A stretch of DNA of 64,000 nucleotides from Amoebophrya sp. A120 (lineage: Eukaryota; Protista; Dinoflagellata), in NCBI GenBank assembly GCA_905178155.1, contig CAJINV010000004.1, forward strand, positions 8,004,771 to 8,068,770, written 5' to 3'. Shown here piece by piece: positions 41,317-53,200 of the stretch. Made by a program: the position numbers and the translations under genes. The notes under the pieces were generated by a model. It was given only the letters and a program-made list of their open reading frames with translations. It did not search any database and was not told where the DNA came from. Numbering within the stretch: position 1 is the stretch's first letter; each line of letters begins with the position of its first letter.

Positions 41317-44300
41317 ATGGTCCAGGAAAAACTAGAAACCAGTCCGCGTTTACCTACCGCACAACCCTCTTCGTCCCCGCTGACAAGGAGCAAGCCGCAG
41401 CCACCTTCCCCCACACAGCTGCTACAAGAATTTTTCCGCGTCCGCCAGTTGCATCGCTGCACCCCCGCCCAGGGTCCACAGTTTCTGATCGTGACAACCA
41501 ACGAAAATTTGGCAACCAGCGTCGCGAAAAGATTGCGCAAACGAATCAGCAGCTGCAGCTCGTCCCGGCCGCCGCACGGGAATAAAGATGCAGACCCGGA
41601 GCTGCGCGGTCGCGCAGTGACGGCAAAACAAAACCCACGTGCCGATGAAAGCGAAGTTCCGTTGGAACAACGACCTGCCGTTTTACAACTCAACGCTACA
41701 ACAACCAGCCCAACAACCCCCTCCTGCGCAATCCGCGCCGCGAGAATCCTGGTCGCCACCTGCAGCAGTACTACTTTCTTTGACGCCCTGCCACTAATTT
41801 GGAAAAGAATCTCCTATCTCGCGGTTTTAGTAACGGGAGCTACTACAAGTTCCGATGCGGCGAAACGACTGATTACAGATGCAGTGAGGCGAAGAATCCA
41901 AAAGTCGAGCTGCAAAGTGGTTTTGTTTTTCGGCAGAAGTGTGAACTTGTGGAAGTTCGAAACGACGAATGGAAGACGGAATCCTGCTGCACAACATGGT
42001 CCTGTCGTGCGTGTGCATGGAGCCGAAAACATCACAGAAAACCACTTCGTTGGAAAGCAAGACGACAGCTCCAGCGCCGGCAATTTCGAATACCACACGA
42101 ACATTAGCAACAGAATTGAAAATGCGAGCAAAGAAGGCCAATCGGCTTCGGAGGTAGAAGGCCGAGACGAAGATTCGTCGCAGGATCATGATTCGAAACC
42201 CTGTAGTTCCCCCGATCATCCGGACGCACCTCAACTTCCCGACGCAGAAGAAAAGCAACCTACTTCACCTCCCACGGACGTAGCAGGGAGTGAAACAGTG
42301 CCTCCGGCGATTGGTGTAGCAACTACGAATATTCAAACACCTCTTCATCATCCGAAGGGTGAGCCAGTTGCTCTTGCTGCTGTTGTTGCACCTACTTCGG
42401 AAAATAGCAACTCAGGTCCGCCGGTGGTGAATCTGAATGACGAAGAAGAGCCAGCGACAAGCCACGAATATCTGATATCAGCACGGGCTTGCCATCAACC
42501 CTTATGCGCTGTCGTCCCCGGAGAGGCGGAGGCCAAACAGGAAAAATTTTCACTGTCTCACAGCAACGCGTCGGAAGCGAGTCAGCAAATGGAAACCGTT
42601 CTGACCAACGATGAAGCCTTTTCGCCTATACGAAAGGAAATATGTAACGATGGGAGAACGAGAAACATCGCCTCCCTCTCTCCCTCACGACAAAACGAAA
42701 ACGAGCAGTGCAGATCCCCAACAAAATCAAAATCTGACCGTAATGACAGCGCGTTTTTAGATACTGGCCGTCTTCCCTCTGCAAAGCAGTTCGAAAACGA
42801 CGTTCGGGCCGCAACGTCGCTGCGAAACTCTTCAGAAACGATCCAAACTAGCCTGTTGATCTCCAATGCCGCAACTCCAGAGTTTGGCTGTCGTGCCAGC
42901 AGCGAGACACGCCAGCAGCCCAAAGTAGACGCATGCGCTTCTGATGGTACGGAGGATCATGTACATGTTCATGTAGCCGATTTGTCACCACGAGAATTAC
43001 AAACTTCGTCAGCCACAGCTTCTGCGTCAATGCCCGCTACTTTCCACAACAGCATAGCTTCATTTTCTACATCGTGTCGTCCTCCTGAGAAAGACACCAA
43101 GATGCAGGACGCTAACTCGCAACAACCCGTCGCGATCAAGATGATGGATTCAACATCGGTTGCTCCGCGCAGCCGCTCCGCTTCGAGTCGGAGTGTGGTA
43201 TTTTTTTCGCCGGCGAACTCCCCGATGGTGTCGCCAACCGGAGGGAGTGTCACTCAGGAGGCCGTGTTTTCGCCCATCAAAGATGTTGTTGTAGAAGCCC
43301 ACGAGGAAGACCACGGAGATGGACTTCAGTCAACCCTCGAAGCCGCGTCACCTGGTCCTCTAATGGTGGAAGTACCCTCTCGTGGTGCAACCTCACCCCC
43401 CGTACATCATGTTTGCTCTGTACCCGTAGAACCCCCCGCACCTGGCAGCAACGTGTCAACGACCGCTGCAACAGAAAACGATGCTGGTACGAACACCGAG
43501 GATACAGCTACGGAAGTGGGCAAGGAATTGGCGACCGCTCAGGCGAACTCGGTGGTAGCGAGAATCCAGGGCACAAGCACGTCCGCTTCATCGTCGTCCT
43601 CCCGTGGTCCTGGAGATGACGCACGGGCAGAAGGCGAAATTAGTCGTTGCGCTTTCTTATCAGGTGTTTCCGAACCGGCTGTGGACTTAGCTGCAGCAGA
43701 AGGAGCTGGCGAGACAACTTTGAAAAGAACTACGTGCAACCAGGTAGACGGGCTCGGGCTCGACGCAGGCAAGCCTCCTCCAGGAGCATCAACGTTTCTA
43801 CTTCATTACAACCGGCAGTCCCAAACCGTCTACACAGCTACAACCTCCCAGTTCCTGCCGCTATTGCTTCCGCAATACAAGCATTTGGAAACCCGAATTC
43901 TCGACCTCCTGGGCCTGCCCGGGGTACTTGCACTTTCGCAAAAGACGAGCACCAACTTACACCTGTACGACGCGGCACAGATGAAAATAAGAAGCGATAG
44001 TTCGGCTCGAGCAGTGGTTCCACGACTGCAGCCCGTGTTGGGAAAGTTGATAGAGGAGTATGAAAAGGCAGGTATTCTCCGGTCCGGCCCTGGAGATAAG
44101 AAAGGCATGTCTGGCCGATCATCGTCATCATCATCACGAAATACAGGCTGTGAAAGAGCGCAAGCTCATCTCGTCATCCTCCCCGACCGCGCCTTCGTGC
44201 ACCCATTTTGGACGATTTTGGTCAAAGCCATCATTGACAGAGGATTCAACGGCGCGCAGGTGCGCGAGGTGGTGCAGAAAGTGGCGGAAGAAACAGGCGA

Positions 44301-45840
44301 GCTTGCGCAACTATTCAGCCCCTCGTGCTCCCACGGAGATCATGCGGAGGGAGCAAAAGCCGCCGCTTTCAAAATTTACGTTACCTCCCTTGCCATGGTT
44401 GTCGAGCAGGCCAGCAAAGAACTTCTACCCCGGCGTGGTGATGGCAGCCGTGCAGCGGCGTTCCACGATTCCGAAAATAGCAATGGAACGTGCATTTTTT
44501 ACGGAGATCATTTTACGGACTTTTTGTTCGGGGAAGTGGAAGAAAACTGCAAAAATGTCGCTGCGCGAATCATGTCTTTGGAGGATGCAATCGAGACACT
44601 GCTTTTTGGAAAGCCAGCTGCCTCTGCTGCAACGACAAGGTCGTTACTGACGCCCACCAGTACTTCTATCGCAGACCCCGCTCCGCAGCTTGATGGAAGT
44701 AGGACCGAGTTGACGACAGCTGCAGTGGACGAGACTGTTGGTGGAAGGCCAGCGCATACTAATACGTCGAAGCCTACCACTTCATCCAACGCAAATATAG
44801 GCACCTCGTTCGACCGAGAAAAACAACAAGAGTTCGCAGACACCAATCATCAAAATGGAAATGCAAACTCCCCACCGGCAAAATTATCTTCGTCCGCGAG
44901 GAACGCGACCTATGCTTCCCTTCTCTCGCCCTTTGCTCGGGGCAAGCAGATTCTGACGAGCGTTTTGGAAAAGCTTGCGTCGCCAGCGAGAGCTATGCAA
45001 CTTGGCCTACAGAAACAGGTCGTAGACCACCGAAAAGTACACGAGTTAGTGTCCAGCAGCGACGACGGCATCATAGACGAGGACGAATACATCAGCGAGC
45101 TGGAAGGTGAAACTAGCACAGGCGCCACGCAGGCTCAAATTGCCAAATCAACCTCTCTCGTCGTCGCAACTGCGCAGCCAGACGCTACTCCAAGACGAAA
45201 CTGCCCATTAAAGCCGTTTTGCCGAGATGCTTTTCGTAATGTTGGGTCTTTACTCCGCGAAAAGACTGATGAAAGCCATGCTGGTTCATCTACAGTGTCC
45301 TCAGCAAGATGCGCATCGAGAGGAAGCGCGGTGGCCTCATCGGGTGCAATCGTATTGGAACCGCAAGAACCACCACCAGCCCCGCAATATACCAGGTCCC
45401 CCTCCTCCTCTGAGGAACAGGCGACGACGCTGGCAGTAAGTGCACGACCTGCAGCACAGGAGCCGGCACAACTGGACCAGCCTGGGGTGGAGCAACAAGG
45501 GTCAGTAGCAGCGCCTCAAGCAGCGGCAGCAGAAGGTATTCAGGTACCAGTTCGGCGACCACCACCGCCGCTCCCACTTCCCGCAGCATCAACAACACAA
45601 CACAAGAACCCCGTCTCGATAGTCTGCGAATGGTTCCAGCAGCAACCGATCTCTTGCACTCCCACGTTTAGCAACGAGTGCGTGGGCGGCCCTGATCATC
45701 AAAAAATGTTTCAGGCCACGTTAAAAATTCCCTTCTGGCCGGGCGAGCCGACCTTTACTTCCGGCGTCCAGTCAAGTATGAAAAACGCACGGAAGGATTG
45801 CGCAGAAAAGATTTTGGCGGATCCAGGGTTTCGGAACTAG
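41317..45840 (+). CDS. Large intronless hypothetical protein with C-terminal double-stranded RNA-binding motif
   Basis: 1507-codon open frame, Ser/Thr/Ala-rich. C-terminus KNPVSIVCEWFQQ..PTF..GGPDHQKMFQATLKI..G.QSSMKNARKDCAEKIL fits the dsRBD consensus. Start codon uncertain. Confidence 0.75.
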   Translation: MVQEKLETSPRLPTAQPSSSPLTRSKPQPPSPTQLLQEFFRVRQLHRCTPAQGPQFLIVTTNENLATSVAKRLRKRISSCSSSRPPHGNKDADPELRGRAVTAKQNPRADESEVPLEQRPAVLQLNATTTSPTTPSCAIRAARILVATCSSTTFFDALPLIWKRISYLAVLVTGATTSSDAAKRLITDAVRRRIQKSSCKVVLFFGRSVNLWKFETTNGRRNPAAQHGPVVRVHGAENITENHFVGKQDDSSSAGNFEYHTNISNRIENASKEGQSASEVEGRDEDSSQDHDSKPCSSPDHPDAPQLPDAEEKQPTSPPTDVAGSETVPPAIGVATTNIQTPLHHPKGEPVALAAVVAPTSENSNSGPPVVNLNDEEEPATSHEYLISARACHQPLCAVVPGEAEAKQEKFSLSHSNASEASQQMETVLTNDEAFSPIRKEICNDGRTRNIASLSPSRQNENEQCRSPTKSKSDRNDSAFLDTGRLPSAKQFENDVRAATSLRNSSETIQTSLLISNAATPEFGCRASSETRQQPKVDACASDGTEDHVHVHVADLSPRELQTSSATASASMPATFHNSIASFSTSCRPPEKDTKMQDANSQQPVAIKMMDSTSVAPRSRSASSRSVVFFSPANSPMVSPTGGSVTQEAVFSPIKDVVVEAHEEDHGDGLQSTLEAASPGPLMVEVPSRGATSPPVHHVCSVPVEPPAPGSNVSTTAATENDAGTNTEDTATEVGKELATAQANSVVARIQGTSTSASSSSSRGPGDDARAEGEISRCAFLSGVSEPAVDLAAAEGAGETTLKRTTCNQVDGLGLDAGKPPPGASTFLLHYNRQSQTVYTATTSQFLPLLLPQYKHLETRILDLLGLPGVLALSQKTSTNLHLYDAAQMKIRSDSSARAVVPRLQPVLGKLIEEYEKAGILRSGPGDKKGMSGRSSSSSSRNTGCERAQAHLVILPDRAFVHPFWTILVKAIIDRGFNGAQVREVVQKVAEETGELAQLFSPSCSHGDHAEGAKAAAFKIYVTSLAMVVEQASKELLPRRGDGSRAAAFHDSENSNGTCIFYGDHFTDFLFGEVEENCKNVAARIMSLEDAIETLLFGKPAASAATTRSLLTPTSTSIADPAPQLDGSRTELTTAAVDETVGGRPAHTNTSKPTTSSNANIGTSFDREKQQEFADTNHQNGNANSPPAKLSSSARNATYASLLSPFARGKQILTSVLEKLASPARAMQLGLQKQVVDHRKVHELVSSSDDGIIDEDEYISELEGETSTGATQAQIAKSTSLVVATAQPDATPRRNCPLKPFCRDAFRNVGSLLREKTDESHAGSSTVSSARCASRGSAVASSGAIVLEPQEPPPAPQYTRSPSSSEEQATTLAVSARPAAQEPAQLDQPGVEQQGSVAAPQAAAAEGIQVPVRRPPPPLPLPAASTTQHKNPVSIVCEWFQQQPISCTPTFSNECVGGPDHQKMFQATLKIPFWPGEPTFTSGVQSSMKNARKDCAEKILADPGFRN

Positions 45841-48137
45841 TAACACGGCAGTTTGATGGTTGAGTGACTTGTTGAAACGGCTTTGGGTGCTGAACGCAGT
45901 TGGGGTAGTTGTTGAAGAAAAGCATTGCTCTTGATGCGGTTTCGAGATGATACACATCACAACAGGAAGACGGATCTTTCTATGTTAAAATGAACAGGTT
46001 CCGCAGAGAACTTGCGGCTGTACTAGCGATGAGCAACTGATTACCATTCCACAACGGCTGCGCTGCTGTCAAGAAATAAGAAAAACGCAAGCCTACTGTG
46101 CCCCGTAAATTTAGTTCGCAAAGCCCCGTGTTCCGCTGTTTGAGCTTTCTGTGTGAAGAGGCACACACGAGGCAAGCAGCTGCTGAATGATCACTGCAGG
46201 CCCTTGCCCCCCCTCAGTCTTCGCCTGGGGGCGTCCGCCGAGCTCCCCGTCGGAGGGCCGTTCCGCCTGCCGAAGGATCAGCGCCCCCCCTCGTCATCCT
46301 CCAACGGGAGCAAGCGACCCAGGGAGATGGGCGCAAGGGGACGAGCTCAACCTGCTGAGCGAACAGCACGCCGAGAAATTTCGAAGCGTCGGCGCCGGGC
46401 GGTCCTGGGAAGCGCGTGCCCACCGACGCCGGCGGCCCGGCCTGACCGACGGCAGGCGCAGGCGGCCGCGATCGTGCGCGCGCGCCCGGCGCCGCTGCCT
46501 GCAAGATGGAGCGAGGCCTGGCGGCCCGCCAAACTCCGGACAACGCGGCACGCCGGCGGCTCATGATGGCCAAGGGGCACCGCGCGCGCTCGGATGGCGG
46601 AGCCGTCGGCCGGAGGGCCCGGCCGGCTTCCCCCAGGCGCCTGGGGGTCGGCCGCGGCCTGGCCCGATATTGCCGCGCGCCGCAACTCAGGTGGCCGCCC
46701 GCTGCAAGGCGCCGGGCGGCTTTGCTGCGTGCGCAGCGGCGGGCCAAGCGGGCCCATTGAAGGGACGGCTGCCGGCGCTCTGGTAGCACAGCAAACGACG
46801 CCGCGCGCTGCTTAGCCGCTGGGACTACCAAAAGGCGGCCCCGGCGCTTGTCGTCTTGGCCCACTTCGTTGGATAGGGCGGGGCAGCGCGCCGACGCAGC
46901 CCCCCCCCGGGAGGTTTCCGGCCCGCCTGGCGATTCGCCGCAGGCTCGGAACGTGGCCCCGAACTTCGTTACCCGCCGCCGCGCCATTTTTTATTCCAGG
47001 GCGCCGCGGATGCAGGTGGTGCGCCCAGCACCGCCGCAGGGGGCAACAACATGCAGGGCGCGGCCGCCCTGCCCGTTTGCGTTGCCTCCCACAAACTAAC
47101 ACGCAGTGGGAGAAGGATTTTCTGAAGCCCGAGCGGCAGCAGGCGGGCCGGAAGCACGAAGCCAGGGGCAAAAATCGCGGGCGGGCCCGGATACACTACA
47201 CCACAGACGCAGGGCCCCCCGGCGTACTAGCGTGGCCCAGGCGCCGCCGCGCGGGCCCGCAAGGAGAAGTCCCACCGCGCGCGGCGCGATCCGTGGCAGG
47301 GCCTCCGGACGTGATTCCATCCAGCGCGCCGGCCGAGGGTGCGGGCGCTCATTCGGGGCGCACGCGCTGGGCTTTGGCGTTGATTCGGAGTGGCGGGCCC
47401 GAACGTAGAACGGGCCGCCGCGCCTGTTCGTTGCGTTGGTTGCCGACCAGATGCGGCCGCCCGCGGGGGCAGCGTGGCAATGGTGGAGAAGCGTTGGCAG
47501 GAGCTGTGCCGGGCTGCGCAGAGGCGGCGCGACGTTTTTTATGTGCGCGCGCGCCCCCGCATCTTGCCTGTGTGGCGCCGATGTTGCGCACGCCTTCGCT
47601 GTGGGCCTTGTGTTGCTTCCTTTCTACTCTGCGCGCCTGCTTGGGCGCCTCTACCCAAAGCGAAGCTCCCTCCTCGTTGACTCTGCTACGCGTCGCAGCC
47701 ATCCGGGAATACGCAGCACAGGTCGCTGATTTTCGTCATCACGAAGCTTTTTCAAGTTGTGTTCTCGCCCGTTGTAGCACGAGTTGAGACCAAGTGCCTG
47801 TCCAGCTCTTGCTTGTGAGAAGCAACCGTTACTGGCTAGCTGTAAATCCTGTTAAGTATGATGAGTAGATGCTGCTGAGTGTCGTATCTCGTGGTAATTG
47901 TTCGGCGGCGAAGTTGCAGCACGCTGTCTCACCGTTTCTGAAATCAACGAAAATTACAAACATTTTGCACTTTCATCCCAGCCACGCCACCATCTTCCAA
48001 TTGAGGATGGGGACGCAAGGATCTTCATCGATCGGTTCCGGACCGCCTCGTGAAGATCGGAAGAGTAAGTAAAACACAATTGTTTATTCCGGACACCTAT
48101 TGAAATCCAAATTTACAAATTCCACAAACAAACCAAA

Positions 48138-49346
48138 ATGTCGACCACCCCAACGGTAAACCCGATGTGGCTGTTGCTCTGTCCGGGCTCGGCTGCCGCT
48201 ACCTGTTGCAAGACCATGTTTGTGGACGACAACGAAGTTTTATTACGGAGAAGGAAGGAAGACAGCCTGCGACAGAAAAATCCCACCTCCACCCCGACGA
48301 ACGCCGGCAAGAACAAAACAACCGTGCAGAAGCTGCGCTGGCGCCCGAAGAGGACGTACGAGGACGGCCGAACGTAAGGATAGTTTGCTTCGGAATTTTT
48401 ATTTGGATTCTGCATCTGCTCGCTGTGGCTGCGTGACAGATTTTGATGCTCATGAACCATGGAAAAGATAAATGAACAGATTACTGCTATTAACAACACT
48501 ATCAACCCCAGGTACGAAGGGCAATGGTTGGGTTCAACACGACACGGCACTGGGCTGGAGAGAAGTAGATACGGAGACTTCGTCTACGAGGGAGAATTTG
48601 CGAACGACAAGTACTATAATGCTGTATCGATTTGTCATGCAAAATCGTTGTACTCAAAATCATTTTCTCATGCGAAAATACCAACCCGGCCGCATGAAAA
48701 ACTTTACTGTCAGGTACGAGGGCGTCGGGTGCATGCGATGGAGCAACGGATCCATGTACACGGGCGACTTCTGCGACAACCAAAAACACGGCCGTGGGCA
48801 CGAGAAATACCTATCAACTGCAAAAATGTCTGGGTCTGGAACTTTGCTCGACTTGTCATGCAGGTTTTCCATGACCAACATGATCTGTAATGGAGGACCT
48901 AGCATGACAGATTCCGTGAGATCACTATCATGCCTTTCCTGCATGAGAAACTGCCTCTCAACTTGATCAAAAGTGGGCAGCATTTGCTAATCATGCAACA
49001 CAGATTTTTGCGTGATTCAGATTTAGCATGACAAGTTCCAACCTTCCAGACCCAGACATTTTTGCAGCGCATAATACCCGTCAGGAGACGAGTATCAAGG
49101 CGCGTTCTACCAGGGACTGCCACACGGTGGGGAATTGCTTTACGTCGTGATTTTGTTGCGCATGACAATGAATGTGACGATAAACTTGTCATCAGAAAAA
49201 AGCAACAAAACAAACGCGGAATTTTCTAATGCAATTACGACAGAACAAACACAATTCGCAAAACAGGTCGGGGTAGCTACAAAAGGAAAGACGGCACGGC
49301 GATCTCTGGTCTGTTTCGCGAGGGAGCACTGGTGGAAGCGGATTAA
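48138..49346 (+). CDS. MORN-repeat protein, 5 exons
   Basis: YEDGRT/YEGQWLGSTRHGTG..YEGEFANDK/YEGVG..YTGDFCDNQKHGRG..YP/SGDEYQGAFYQGLPH/GRGSY..EAD*. Three GT-AG introns and one introner. Confidence 0.88.
48812..49073 (+). mobile_element. Introner, family A
   Basis: Family A TIR. Repeat ATACC. No GT-AG register possible. Confidence 0.93.
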
Positions 49347-50274
49347 AGTCTACCGTGGTACTCTTGCCGCGCGGTTTGAGGTTGATGGAAAAATCCGCTC
49401 CTGCGCAGATGACCTCCGAGACCATACTTTTCTTTTCCGCATGTTGCTGCAGCCGGACCTGTGTGTGGACCGACGTCGAGGAGCAGAAGGAGAAGTCATT
49501 TGCGCGATGCTATCTGGTGCTTGATCCAGAGTTCATATCTCGTCTTTGCGTAAGTACCACCAAAGCAAGACCTAGTACATTATAGACAGACAGAGAGCAA
49601 CAACATCTATGTGATTACTTTGCCATCCGAAGGATACTGTAAAACCGAAAAAAGTATTCCCAACGCATGTTCCGATAGACCAGTGAAAATGTCGCTGAGT
49701 TATAATGAAAAGAGCTGTAATTAAGAACTTCCGCGGTGTTTGTGGTGTCACGTCCAGCACTAGGACGGAGCTCTTGTTCATCCACAGTACTGCCCTACAA
49801 TTGTATGAAGGGGCTCGGCTGTATCACTACTCAATCCTCCACCCCAAGAGCAAGATCCTCTTCACGACCCCTGAAATGTTGCTATGGACGAGTTTATTGA
49901 TACGACTTTGTGGAAGGAAACGTATACAGAAAAGACAGCAGGATCCGATTCTGTACACATCCAGGCCAAGAACCTACTTCGCCGCAACTTTTTTGAAATT
50001 CAGTCCGTCACGCAGCAAAGCCTGCAGTTTACTATAAGAACTTTTTCAGTAGTAAAATCAAGAACGAGCGACATTTCCAGAAAACAAGGTGACACAAGTA
50101 AAATTATACGTCAAATTGTTTTCGATATGAATTAGTACCAGTAGTAGAGAAATTATATTGAAAAACGAGAAATTGATTCTACAATAAAGTACTATGTAGA
50201 TAAAAAAAACTTGTTGAATCACAATACGCACAAAAATATCATAAGACGCAACACAAATTCGGCACCCCATCAAG

Positions 50275-53200
50275 ATGGAGTTTTTCGGGATTATCAAGTC
50301 TTTCTCGCGACAGAAGGGCTACGGCTTTGTCAGTTGCGAGGAAACGTGGCAGATGTTCGGCAGGGATGTGTTTCTTCACCAGAACGTAGTCGACGAGTTG
50401 ATCCGGCAGTACCCGGAGCCGAGGGCGAAATTATTTTACCTCGGGTACACGACAAAATCATCCTCCTCATCCTCAGGCACGACGAATGGAAGCAATAACC
50501 AGCGGAATACAAACGAAACAAATACAACCGGGTCTATCAGTCCGGGCGCTGCACCAGACAACTTTCAGCAGGGGGGCAGCAGCTCGTCGACCAGCAACAG
50601 GACGTGGGAAGAGCAGAATTTGAGCGGAGTATTGGTCCGGTTCACCCTGACGGATATGACGTCACCGCAGCCGAAGGCCTTTGAACTCCGGGGGATCGTC
50701 CGGAAACAAGCTTTTCTGCAGGAGGCAATCATTGGTAGAGCTATTTTTGTATAAGTTCATACTTTTGTGGTAATATAGTAAGCATTTATTATTTGTGCGG
50801 TCTTTCATTGTCGTGCAGGTTTAGGTTTGTGGCCTCCGTGAAAAAGAAAATGCAGATGTGTCTGGTGGTGCAGCTGCAGACACGTTTCAAAAATAAAAGT
50901 GAAAAATAAATCATCAGGCACACTGACCAACTTCGGTCCCCCCTCCGACATCCCGAATCTTCCGGGGTACGCGACCCTGACCGCGACGATCAAGAATATC
51001 GGGGAAATGGAGCTCGGTGTCGCGGAAGAAGAGCTGCTCCGGCTGCACCCACGCCCAACGTTAGGCGACCAGATGATCTTCGATCTGCATAGGATGCTGG
51101 AGCTGCCCCCACCCTATTCCAACATGGTGCCGCAGGACGTGGAAAGATTGGACAGTTACCAAATGGTGCTAGACTTCCTGCAACGAGCGGGCTTGACAGA
51201 TTCGGGCGGGGGACTTACAGGTAGTTCTTGTGCAGCGGGAGACAACAGCTTCGATCACAGCCAATCCCCACCAGGAGGAGCTAGTAATGGTGGGCACTGC
51301 TCCACCCCGCACGCAGGCGAACAACCTGTAGACGATAGTGTGCTTCTTCACTGCTCTCCATTCTACCGCGAGTTGCGAATTCAGCTCGGCGTGGACCCGA
51401 AACCGCAAGACAGCATGGCAAAATCGCCAGGCAGCGACGGAAACAACAATAACGGGCTGCTAACGTCTCATGATGGCACGCCAGCGACTGCAAATGGCAC
51501 TACTACCTCAGGAGCTGGAGGTGGACAACTTTCCTACACACAGCCGTTAGGGCACTCGGGTTCTTCCAACGGAAATGTTGCGGCATTAGCAGGTCTACAT
51601 TCCGAAACTACAACGACACAGCTACTTCCCGACGCTTCTAACAGTGGGCCTATTTTGAACTCGAAGAGCGGTGCCAGCGTCGGAGCGGACGACCAAAATT
51701 TGATCAACGAGGGGAAGTGGTACACGGGGATGCTGAAAAATTACAAGGATGACAAAAATTACGGGTTCGCGAGCTGCAAGGAATTGGAGGAAGAAGGGTT
51801 ATACGAAGTCGGTATAGAGTACTATTGTGTTTGTGATGCGGGATTTGAATGTGACAACAAGATTTGTCATGCACATTCGATAATTCAAATACCACACTCT
51901 ACACAGGTCGCGACGTCTTTGTCCGCAACCTTCCGCCGAATCACTACAAGCCGGGGGAGCAGATCCGTTTCCAAATCACGGAGTTTGACGGGAAACCACA
52001 GGTACCAAGTGCAAAACTGTCTGGGTCTGGAAGAGTGTAAACTTGTCATGCAGATTTTCCATGACCCATGAGGTCTCGAATGCGGGACTTAGCATGACAG
52101 GCTCAGCGAGGTCTCCGTCATGCCTATCCTGCATGAGAAACTGCCTCCCAACTTGGTCGAAAGTGGACAGCTTTTGGCACTCATGCAACACAGATTTTTG
52201 CATGCTTCAGATTTACCATGACAAGTTACCACCTTCCAGACCCAGACATATTTGCAGTTCATAACAGGCCGCGAACGTGGAAGAAGTGCCTGGGAACCGG
52301 TACGTTGGCTTCGTAAAGTCCTTTGACCTCGGAAAGGGCTTCGGGTTTATCCGGTGTGAGGAACTGTCCGCGCAATACACCGGCGACGTTTTCGTGCAGG
52401 CGACTGCGTACAACGAAGAAGTCCGGGAGCAGTGTCCTGTAGGGACGTCAGTCGAGTTTTGCTTGTGGATCAACAACAACAACAAACCGCAGGCACTGCG
52501 ACTAAGAAAACCGCAGAACGAGGGGAGATACTATGGTAAAGATTATAGGATTTTGTTGGTCTATGCTATTGTGGTAGGTTGCTCCACCGCAGGTCGCATG
52601 AAATCACACTGAAAATGATGGGTAGAGTGAAGCAACTGAGAATATGCCAACTGACCCACGCATAAAAATTCTCCAGGTGTGATCAAATCCTACAACCAGC
52701 AGAATGGATACGGTTTCATCCACTCAAACGAAGTGCAGAAACGGTACGGAAAGGGCTGCGATGTGTACTTGCCCTCCACTGTCAAAGACCTTTCAAACCT
52801 GAACATTGGCGACTTCTGCTCCTTCACCGTCGTGCTGAGGAGCGGAAAAATCACGGCACAGGGACTAAGCGCGGTGACGGAAGAGGAGCAGATCAGCTTG
52901 CTGGCACAAGGTATGGGCAATTGTATTTTTGAGGTGACTGCAGTAGAATAAAGAGTCAACTGGCATTGACTGACTCACGATTCGACTTTGAATATTTGCC
53001 ATCTGGAGGTCCTCGTGTGAACTGAGCGTGTGAATGTGAACGCCTTCTGTACATAAAATAGCAAATGTAAAAATGTCTGGGTCTGGAAGATTCTGAGATT
53101 TGTCATGCATGTTTTGCATGGCCCAGGATGTCTGTAATGCACGACCGCGCATCACAGATTTTAAGAGGGCTTCCTGATGCCTATTCCGCATGACAAACGC

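Noticed and set aside
41317-45840. Autonomous transposase for the introners
   Set aside because: No DDE/RNase H-like or recombinase motif is recognisable and there are no introner TIRs around the ORF.
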